Shown piece after piece: positions 27,681 through 34,705 of a stretch of 61,893 bases of DNA. The stretch is from positions 1 to 61,893 of the forward strand of contig WFTB01000002.1 of assembly GCA_015485695.1 (NCBI GenBank), in the 5' to 3' direction. The notes under the pieces were generated by a model. It did no database searches and was not told the DNA's origin. It saw nothing but the letters and a program-made list of their open reading frames with translations. Position numbers and translations under genes: made by a program. Within the stretch, counting starts at the first letter, position 1, and each line of letters opens with the position of its first letter. Source of the DNA: Patescibacteria group bacterium. GTDB lineage: Bacteria; Patescibacteriota; Patescibacteriia; WFTA01; S139-112.

Positions 27681-28313
27681 TTACATATCAGAACGACGAA
27701 CTTCTCGGAAGTTTCGGAATTTTGATTCAGACAAAATGACACTGATGTCACCTGAAGCTTCTTCTCCGAGAGTGTCAGGCTCGTCGCCGTCTTCTTCTTC
27801 TACGTCTTCACCGGCAAGAAGAGTATCTCCGCCCGTGTTGACATTTACTTCAGCGTAATCTGATTCATTAACTTCAGAATAATCGTTGAGTACTTCCAAA
27901 TCTTCGGCGTCGCTTTCTTGGTTGAAGATAGCGTCGTCGTTTCCGGTCAATGTCTGAGAGTTATCATCATCACCGTCGGAAGCGAGAGGATCTGTAGTGA
28001 TCAAACTGCTGTTAATGTCGGAGTTGCGCGTAACGTTAAGGCTAACGTCGCCAGTTCCTTCTTGGTAGTTTTGTTCAACATCTCCACCCGCTACGGTAAC
28101 TCTGTTACCGGTGTTGAGGTCGAAAATCAAAACACTTTCACCATTGTAAATGGCTGAGGTGTTAAGTCTGACGGTGCGAGATTTCCAGCTTCTTGCGTTG
28201 CTGATTGTGTCGTCATTGTCAGTCGCGGTAACTTGGTTACTTGCGAGAGCGCCACCACCTACGAGTGAAAGAGCGAGCGCGAACACTCCGATCATTGCAA
28301 TTGCTTTTTTCAT
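27681..28313 (-). CDS. 210-aa acidic secreted protein with TasA/SipW-type signal peptide; paralogous to modules of the 1397-aa protein
   Basis: Strong RBS AAAGGAGGTG about 7 nt before the ATG. The N-terminus MKKAIAMIGVFALALSLVGGGALAS resembles the TasA LGLALVGGGTWA signal. Motifs TGNDDAIFN, NTGNRVTV and TGDVSLNV are shared with the downstream giant gene. Confidence 0.8.
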   Translation of the reverse strand: MKKAIAMIGVFALALSLVGGGALASNQVTATDNDDTISNARSWKSRTVRLNTSAIYNGESVLIFDLNTGNRVTVAGGDVEQNYQEGTGDVSLNVTRNSDINSSLITTDPLASDGDDDNSQTLTGNDDAIFNQESDAEDLEVLNDYSEVNESDYAEVNVNTGGDTLLAGEDVEEEDGDEPDTLGEEASGDISVILSESKFRNFREVRRSDM

Positions 28314-28706
28314 TTGTTTTCACCTCCTTTCTTGAGCGCACGTTGATAAATCAACGTGAAGATAAAGCACGAACCCATCAAAGGAAATATTTGTGAGGCC
28401 AGGAGCACGGCTCTGTGTCACGCAAGCGCGACTCGAGATATGCTAACCCCATGGGCCCATATCTTGGACGGATTCATACGATTTTTAAGGCTAGTCTTGT
28501 AACCGTTTGTATTCCTTCTTGGCATGCAAGAGAGGTAAACAAACGGTCGGCTCGACCTTACTAGCTCAAATCTGACATCCTGCCGTGTCAAACTTGAAAC
28601 AGTAAGCATGCTTTAACGACTACATTCTTCTAATCGTCTCCGGTTAGGCTGGATCCTCCGACGCGAACGCCGGAGGGCGCAGGACCAGCCTAACCGGAAA
28701 CGACTA
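28314..28706 (-). promoter_or_regulatory. long GC-rich structured 5' leader or independent ncRNA
   Basis: Extended hairpin at 28631-28706: a 14-bp perfect core TCCGGTTAGGCTGG/CCAGCCTAACCGGA, an inner CTCCG/CGGAG, and an apical loop that reads UUCG on the minus strand. Further helices are ACCGTTTGT/ACAAACGGT (about 28510-28555), AGATATG/CATATCT (about 28435-28467) and CACGTTGAT/ATCAACGTG (28339-28358), the last just upstream of the RBS. A weak candidate promoter is TTGCGT (28730-28735), spacer, CATAAA (28708-28713). Confidence 0.35.
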
Positions 28707-28844
28707 ATTTATGTGAACTATTTCAATGAACGCAAAAACGCAGGAAATTCACACCGTGTGCACTTATCCTGCGCTTTTGTACATTGTGTCATACATGATA
28801 ATCCATCATGGAAAAACTATCGTATCACTATCATGTAAGGCTAA

Positions 28845-28879
28845 TAAAAAACTCAGCTCGCAATAATAGTGGAGTTGAG
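28845..28879 (-). terminator. rho-independent terminator of the subtilase gene
   Basis: On the minus strand, CTCAACTC/GAGCTGAG is followed by T7. Confidence 0.7.
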
Positions 28880-28985
28880 CATGGTAAAATTGTAATTAAA
28901 TATTTCCGCTTACTTATCTTAACTGATTTTGATTCAAGGTCAACCGCTTTCTGTTGAACAAACTTGTGGATAAACACGATATTTC

Positions 28986-30989
28986 TTATCTGAATCTAAA
29001 CTTGACCGTATCTATCACCGATTCGAACCCTTCCTTCACCGCTTTCGTGACGGCGGTGTATGTTCCTCTGGCGAATTTACCCAAATCCAACAACAATTCT
29101 CCGTCTTCATCGCTCACGCCTCCGCCTTCCGCCATAAGAGTATCCGACTCGTCATATATTCGTACGATGAATTCCACATTCGACAATGCGTTTTTATCGG
29201 CATCTTCCGCGGAGATTCCCAAAAACACCTTTTCCCAAAACACAAACCTGCTGTCTATTCGCCCCCACATGTTATATGTATTTGTTTTGAGGATTATTTC
29301 ACTCAATGATTCTTCTTCGTCTTGGTTCGCGACGGAATCTTCGGGATTCGAATCGTTTTCACCGCTCAAACCGTCTTCCGTTTGGTCGTTTGTCGTTTGT
29401 TCGTCCGAGTCATTGGAAGAATCATTTGCGGAATCGCCTGAAGGTTCTTCATCAGTCGTGTTTTGGTCTTGCGTCGAATCGGGCATGTCGGATGAATAAC
29501 TTTCCGAATCTTCGTTTGCGGGTTGCACCGTATCTTCGTCCGGTTGATTTATCTCTTCTTCGGTCTGCTCGGTGTTTGAAGACGAATAAAGCATGTTGTT
29601 CGCGTATTCAACCGCTTTGTCGGCTCGCAAAAGCCCCCAGCCGGTGTACTCATCCCATCCGGAATCTCCCAAGTCTTCCGCCGACTTCGTAAGCACTTCC
29701 ATAATATCGTCAACGGACTCTATTCCCATGCTTTTTACCAGAGCCGCGACACCTGATACGTGAGGAGCCGCCATCGACGTTCCTTGGTAAAAATAGAATG
29801 AAGTTCTGCTGCGCAAAACGGTTCTGCCGAGTTGCTTCAGTGTTTCTTGAAGTATTCCATCGGGATAACCGTCCCTGTTTTTGTCGCTGTCAACATCTCC
29901 TCCCGGAGCCATTATATCGAGCTCCGGTCCGTAATTGGAATATTTGGCTCTTTGTTTGTCATAATCCACTCCTCCGACAGCCAATACATAGTCATCATAA
30001 GCCGCGGGATACATGACTTTTCCTCCTCCATCGTTTCCGGACGCGACGACAACCAAAACATTGTTCTCATAGGCGTAACGAACCGCGTCAAGCAATGCCT
30101 GCGAATACGCCGGTCCGCCCAAAGACAGATTTATTATATCGGCACCATTGTCAACCGCGAAGTAAATTCCGTCTATTATGTCCGCGTAAGTTCCGGACAA
30201 ATCTCTGTTTAACACCTTTACCGGCATAATGCTTGCTCCGTACGCTATTCCCGCGGAGCCGTATTCATCATTTGTGGAAGCGGCGACCGTTCCGGCGACA
30301 TGCGTTCCGTGCCCGTTGTCATCGTTCGGCCTTGAATCTTCGTTCACAAAATCATACCCTGGAACAAAGTTCGTATTTTTAAAGTCTTTAGCGCGAACAT
30401 AGCCCGCGTAATTTTCATACGCCACTCCCGTGTCTATTATCGCGACCACAACATCCTTTCCGGTGGAATATTCCCACGCATCTTCCATTCCTATTATCGG
30501 AAAATTCCATTGAAAATCGTAATATGTGTCATTCGGCGCCGAAAAACCCTTGGCAACGTAATTCGGCTCGACGTATTCAATCATCGGATCCAGCATGAGG
30601 GCGCTCAGAACGCCTGTCAGGATTTCATCCGATTTCACGTCTCTCATCTCTCTGAACTCTCGCATGGAACGCAACCTGTCCATACTGACCGATACTCGAA
30701 CTGCGCGATTTGCGGTCAAATCATCCGAATAAGGAGAGCCTAGAGCGTTTATAACATCAGACACTGCTTTTTCCGGAGCTCCGGGGGCGAATTTTATCAA
30801 TAATTCGTTTTTGACATGAGGTTTATCAAGGTTAAAATCCCTTACTGTGAATTTTGGAATCGCGTTTCGAACCACATTCGCCCTATCTCTAAACGCGTCT
30901 CTCGAAGAATCACGAGCATAAGTCGGAAAAACCGGCAACAACGCCACCGATGCTATAATTATCAAATTCAAAAACACTCGTCTTTTCAT
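28986..30989 (-). CDS. secreted S8 subtilisin-like serine protease with I9-like propeptide, acidic linker and C-terminal beta-sandwich-like domain
   Basis: Catalytic triad contexts are VAIIDTGV (Asp), HGTHVAGTVAA (His) and GTSMAAPHVSGVAAL (Ser). It has a signal peptide and a D/E/S/N/T-rich region from about residue 470 to 560. Confidence 0.9.
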   Translation of the reverse strand: MKRRVFLNLIIIASVALLPVFPTYARDSSRDAFRDRANVVRNAIPKFTVRDFNLDKPHVKNELLIKFAPGAPEKAVSDVINALGSPYSDDLTANRAVRVSVSMDRLRSMREFREMRDVKSDEILTGVLSALMLDPMIEYVEPNYVAKGFSAPNDTYYDFQWNFPIIGMEDAWEYSTGKDVVVAIIDTGVAYENYAGYVRAKDFKNTNFVPGYDFVNEDSRPNDDNGHGTHVAGTVAASTNDEYGSAGIAYGASIMPVKVLNRDLSGTYADIIDGIYFAVDNGADIINLSLGGPAYSQALLDAVRYAYENNVLVVVASGNDGGGKVMYPAAYDDYVLAVGGVDYDKQRAKYSNYGPELDIMAPGGDVDSDKNRDGYPDGILQETLKQLGRTVLRSRTSFYFYQGTSMAAPHVSGVAALVKSMGIESVDDIMEVLTKSAEDLGDSGWDEYTGWGLLRADKAVEYANNMLYSSSNTEQTEEEINQPDEDTVQPANEDSESYSSDMPDSTQDQNTTDEEPSGDSANDSSNDSDEQTTNDQTEDGLSGENDSNPEDSVANQDEEESLSEIILKTNTYNMWGRIDSRFVFWEKVFLGISAEDADKNALSNVEFIVRIYDESDTLMAEGGGVSDEDGELLLDLGKFARGTYTAVTKAVKEGFESVIDTVKFRFR

Positions 30990-31268
30990 GGCTCCAATAA
31001 GCTTAATATATATCTACACCTTAATACATATTTTGAAGGTGTCAATAACAAAATTTGACAAAACGGATAACTTATTACCGGATATTGTGGATAACATATT
31101 GCGCTTGATTGACCCGATACGATATTTGTGATATCCTATTATCGCTAAAGTTAGGCTTGATGGTTGTGTGAATCATCCGTTATTGCCTTACTTTAATTTA
31201 TACAATCCCAATACATAATCCCGATTATATCGGGCTTATCTGTTATTTAGGAAAGGGGGTGAAATTCC

Positions 31269-31421
31269 ATGACCGATGAACTCAACCAAGAAGCTACGGA
31301 AGAAGTAGCTACCGATGACGCCGCGACCGACGACGTTGCAACCGATGATATGGACGCAACAACCGACGAAGCACCTGCTGAAGAAGCCGGTGAAAACGCG
31401 GAAGAGGTACCTGCGGAATAA
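31269..31421 (+). CDS. 50-aa hyper-acidic small protein (not in the ORF track; below its length cutoff)
   Basis: RBS GGAAAGGGGGTGA about 7 nt upstream of the ATG. It translates to MTDELNQEATEEVATDDAATDDVATDDMDATTDEAPAEEAGENAEEVPAE. Its own terminator follows at 31464-31496. Confidence 0.5.
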   Translation: MTDELNQEATEEVATDDAATDDVATDDMDATTDEAPAEEAGENAEEVPAE

Positions 31422-31463
31422 TTATTCCAATAGCAAGTAGTCTTGAAAAGATTACCATTTCAC

Positions 31464-31496
31464 AAAAACACCACGTTAAGCGTGGTGTTTTTGTTT
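31464..31496 (+). terminator. rho-independent terminator
   Basis: AAAAACACCACG-TTAAG-CGTGGTGTTTTT followed by T-rich sequence. Confidence 0.8.
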
Positions 31497-31621
31497 GCAA
31501 ATCTTATATTTAACCAACTCCCTACCCCGCGCACACCCAAAGACCCTTGACAACTCTCTCTCTCTGATTAGATGGAACGATACAATTCGTTCTTTTTTTA
31601 ATAAAAAAGGAGGTTATTACG

Positions 31622-32104
31622 ATGAGCAAAAAACAAGGTTTGGCTGTCGTTATCTTATTAGTTTTTTTAATTTTCTTAAACATTCAAAAAGCAGTTAATA
31701 TTGTTGGGATTTATTATGCAGAATCGCCGACAAGCTCTTGGAAGGTAGTAAAGAAAACAATAAAAAGCTTTGAGGAGGATTGGGTAGTAGAATACATTTA
31801 TAAAGACTCAACGTATTTTTTCAAAGTCTCGGTCGGATTTAACGACCGAGGTGCATTGAAATATGCATTGAATGCATACAATCTCAAGAAAGCGAGAGAA
31901 TATATACCACCAACATACATTGTGGATGGTTTCATATGGTTTGAGGAGCCCAACTTGATATATATAGGAAACGGGACCTACACAGATGGATCTCCTTTCG
32001 TTCATCGATATCTCGATGATAAAATTTTTTCTAGAACAAACATACTAAGCAGGCCGGTTCCACCCGGCTTGCCGAGGTATATTCCAAGAAAAATATTGCA
32101 TTAA
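31622..32104 (+). CDS. hypothetical membrane-anchored protein
   Basis: Strong RBS AAAGGAGGT and an upstream TTGACA-type promoter. It has an N-terminal TM (LAVVILLVFLIFL). I recognise no family. Confidence 0.6.
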   Translation: MSKKQGLAVVILLVFLIFLNIQKAVNIVGIYYAESPTSSWKVVKKTIKSFEEDWVVEYIYKDSTYFFKVSVGFNDRGALKYALNAYNLKKAREYIPPTYIVDGFIWFEEPNLIYIGNGTYTDGSPFVHRYLDDKIFSRTNILSRPVPPGLPRYIPRKILH

Positions 32105-32192
32105 TAACAACACCACCAACAAAGAACAAGAGTTCTGGTTTGGGGGTTTTATTATGCGTGAAATTTTTTCAACCGTTGTTTCGTTTTTTAGA

Positions 32193-32211
32193 CCGTGAGA
32201 GACTTTTTAGG
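32193..32211 (-). repeat. intergenic motif CCTAAAAAGTCTCTCACGG (copy 2, minus orientation)
   Basis: The plus strand reads CCGTGAGAGACTTTTTAGG. Confidence 0.8.
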
Positions 32212-32288
32212 CGATTTCCAATACCACTGCGTATTCCAAGAAAAATACGGAAATAATAGGCTGAGCGCGGATAACGCTTTGTCGCGAG

Positions 32289-33764
32289 TTACGTTTGTTG
32301 CTTTGGTCTCATGAGCGGGAAAATTTGAGTTTCGCGTACCGGCTTGTCGGCAAAAAAAGCGAACAAACGCTCCGAGAAACCAAGTCCCGTGGTCGGAGGC
32401 ATGCCGTGTTTTAGCGCTTCAACAAAGTCATAATCATGCATTTGAGCTTCATCGTCCCCGGCGTCACGAAGCGCTTGTTGCACCTTGAACCGTTCTTCTT
32501 GGTCTATCGGGTCATTAAGCTCGGAATACCCGTTGCACACCTCGGAACCGGCGAGAATAAGTTGATAACGCTCAACATACCCGGGACGCTCTTTTGACTC
32601 TTTGGCGAGCGGAGAAACGCTTTTTGGAGGATATATCAAATACCCGGGACCTGAAATTTGTTTACGACAATACTTCCAAAGAGTGTCTATCGCTCGCGGA
32701 AGATTGTCAGTGTCTTCGCTTTCGATTTTTAGTTTTCGTAATTTGTTTTTAATATCATCGAGCGAAGCCGAGTCAATGTCTATTCCCGTGCGATTGAGGA
32801 TTTCCTCTCGATAGTCGTATTTTTCCCACGGCTTGCTCAAATCCACATCATGTCCTTTTATCTTGAATACAAGAGTGCCGAATGTCTCCATGGCGACATA
32901 TTTGATAAGCTCTTCAACCAGTTTCATTCCATCGTTCCAATCCGCGTATGCCCAATAGAATTCCATTTGAGTATAATCTTGCAAATGCTCCGGCGACATA
33001 CCTTCGTTGCGAAACATGCGACCGATTTCGAAGGTTTTCTCATACCCCGCGACCATCAGACGCTTCTGCCAAAGCTCTCCCATAGAGATTCGCAAATACA
33101 CGTCTATATCGAGCGCGTTGTGATGCGTGATAAACGGACGCGCGTCGGCTCCTCCCGGGGTGGTTTCCAAAACCGGAGTTTCGACTTCCAAAAATCCTTT
33201 ATCCGCGAGGAATGAACGCGTCGCGTTCCAAAAACGAGCTTTTCGCACGAAGAGTTCTTTGGTCTCCGGATTTGTCAAAATGTCCAGATAGCGTTTTCTG
33301 AAACGGTCTTCTTCGTCTTTGAGCCCATGATGTTTGTCCGGTAGAGGGAGAAGGGCCTTGCTCAAAAGCGAGAACCTCGTAACACGAAGCGACGGTTCCC
33401 CGCGCTTGGTGGTAAACGGTGTTCCCGACACTTGAATAAAGTCTGCTACATCGAAAAATCTGTCAAATTCATCGTATGCGTTTTTAAGGTCGTCTTGCTT
33501 GAGATAAATCTGAATCCTTCCTCCCCCGTCTTCAACATGAGCGAATGTGGAACCGCCATGAGCTCTGATTGAGCGTATGCGCCCGACTATTGTTATTTCA
33601 ATTTCCTCTTTTTCAAGAGCCTCAAAAGAATTCACAACATCTAAGATGGTGTGAGTCCTCTCGCTGTGCGACGGATACGGATTAATTCCTTTTTCTTTGA
33701 GCGCCGAGAGTTTGTCAAGACGCACGTCTTCTTCGGGTTTTGACTCTATGTTTTCGTTATTCAT
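32289..33764 (-). CDS. lysS: lysyl-tRNA synthetase, class II
   Basis: N-terminal OB anticodon-binding domain and class II motifs (FRNEGMSPEHLQDYTQMEFYWAY, GYSELNDP, GLGFSERL). Confidence 0.95.
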   Translation of the reverse strand: MNNENIESKPEEDVRLDKLSALKEKGINPYPSHSERTHTILDVVNSFEALEKEEIEITIVGRIRSIRAHGGSTFAHVEDGGGRIQIYLKQDDLKNAYDEFDRFFDVADFIQVSGTPFTTKRGEPSLRVTRFSLLSKALLPLPDKHHGLKDEEDRFRKRYLDILTNPETKELFVRKARFWNATRSFLADKGFLEVETPVLETTPGGADARPFITHHNALDIDVYLRISMGELWQKRLMVAGYEKTFEIGRMFRNEGMSPEHLQDYTQMEFYWAYADWNDGMKLVEELIKYVAMETFGTLVFKIKGHDVDLSKPWEKYDYREEILNRTGIDIDSASLDDIKNKLRKLKIESEDTDNLPRAIDTLWKYCRKQISGPGYLIYPPKSVSPLAKESKERPGYVERYQLILAGSEVCNGYSELNDPIDQEERFKVQQALRDAGDDEAQMHDYDFVEALKHGMPPTTGLGFSERLFAFFADKPVRETQIFPLMRPKQQT

Positions 33765-33840
33765 ACTCGGTTCAGTATATATTTTTTCAAGACCTTGCGC
33801 AAGTTGAGCGCGGTTTATTGGCGCTTGTTTTTACCAACGC

Positions 33841-33922
33841 AAAAGCCTCTCGAGTGGGGTCGGGAGGGAGGAGAGAGATTTTGACCATGAACATGGTCAC
33901 CTCCTGACCCCGATCGAGAGGC
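33841..33922 (-). terminator. unusually long GC-rich hairpin plus U-run downstream of greA (terminator or small RNA)
   Basis: About 22 bp of outer stem, GCCTCTCGAGTGGGGTCGGGAGG (33845-33867)/CCTCCTGACCCCGATCGAGAGGC (33900-33922). The inner palindrome is TGACCATG-AA-CATGGTCA. On the minus strand TTTT follows. Confidence 0.5.
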
Positions 33923-33979
33923 CTAACGGTCAAAATGATATCAAAAAAAGAACACCATGTCAAAAACAACGCGATATTG

Positions 33980-34450
33980 TTATCGAATATCCGTTATCTC
34001 CCATTCCACGATTCCTTTGGGAAGCTCAATTTTCACCAAATCGCCGACTTTACCCCCAAGCAAAGCCTTGCCGATTGGCGACTCGTTTGAAATTCGACCT
34101 TCCGCGGGACTTGCTTCATGAGACCCGACTATATGATATTCACGTTCTTTGTCGCTGTTTTTTTCTTTTATCGCAACTTTTGAACCCACAACGACGACTC
34201 CGGCCGAAGAAGAATCTTCGTCTATGATAATGGCGTTCTTCAAAACGGTTTCGAGTTCCAATATTCGCCCTTCATTGAACGCCTGAGCTTCTTTTGCCTC
34301 CGAGTATTCGGCGTTTTCGGACAAATCGCCAAGCTCTTTGGCTTGAGATATTCTCTCTGCTATTTCTTCTCTTTTTTCGGTTTTTAATTTTTCCAATTCT
34401 TCTTTAAGCTCTTCCAAGCCTGTTTTTGTGATGTATGTTTGCTTATCAGT
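33980..34450 (-). CDS. greA: transcription elongation factor GreA
   Basis: N-terminal coiled-coil with DLSENAEY and a C-terminal FKBP-like domain. The start is placed at MTDKQTYITKTG; the track ORF extends to 34498. Confidence 0.9.
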   Translation of the reverse strand, partial: TDKQTYITKTGLEELKEELEKLKTEKREEIAERISQAKELGDLSENAEYSEAKEAQAFNEGRILELETVLKNAIIIDEDSSSAGVVVVGSKVAIKEKNSDKEREYHIVGSHEASPAEGRISNESPIGKALLGGKVGDLVKIELPKGIVEWEITDIR

Positions 34451-34475
34451 CATATTATATAATCTGTCGTTATTC

Positions 34476-34493
34476 AAAATCGCTTCAGAGCGA
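34476..34493 (-). promoter_or_regulatory. small terminator-like hairpin in the greA leader
   Basis: On the minus strand, TCGCT-CTGA-AGCGA is followed by TTTT, 26 nt upstream of the greA ATG. Confidence 0.3.
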
Positions 34494-34557
34494 ATCATGA
34501 GTCATTTACGACGTTATTACGGATTCAAAAAAGTGAGAATTTCAATACGTAAGGCAC

Positions 34558-34586
34558 ATGATACATTCGAGCAAAAGATAAGTCAA
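34558..34586 (-). promoter_or_regulatory. sigma70-type promoter for greA
   Basis: On the minus strand: TTGACT (34586-34581), a 17-nt spacer, then TATCAT (34563-34558). Confidence 0.5.
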
Positions 34587-34705
34587 GACACTGTACAGAC
34601 ACCGCGTGAACATCCTCGTGTTTCCTGTTGTAAACAGCAAATCACGATAGAATCCGGATCAAACACCGGAGACAAACAAAGGTATATGAATCGGTTTTTC
34701 GCGAA

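Noticed and set aside
28418-28609. 63-aa ORF in the structured region upstream of the 210-aa gene.
   Set aside because: It has no Shine-Dalgarno sequence, a basic low-information translation, and runs through several strong RNA helices. The region is better explained as non-coding RNA.
28314-28706. Possibility that the GC-rich structured RNA is SRP RNA, RNase P RNA, tmRNA or a group II intron domain.
   Set aside because: I found none of the expected signatures on either strand. Missing are the SRP helix-8 GGAA/AGCA motif, the RNase P GGAAAGUCC / ACAGAA.CCGGCUUA blocks, a tRNA-like GGUUCGAAUCC 3' end with a tag ORF, and a symmetric domain-V hairpin.
13610-30212. Many 60-180-aa ORFs antisense to, or out of frame within, the giant surface-protein genes and the subtilase. 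Examples are 15629-16024, 20542-21066, 23696-24244, 24584-25030, 26666-27049, 27123-27533 and 28954-29499.
   Set aside because: Each lies entirely inside a much longer ORF that has clear domain content. Their translations are low-complexity (S/P/R-rich) mirror images of the D/E/G/T-rich sense frames. None has an RBS.
33787-33969. 60-aa ORF in the greA-lysS spacer.
   Set aside because: It is created by the long GC-rich hairpin, has no RBS, and would overlap the terminator and promoter signals.
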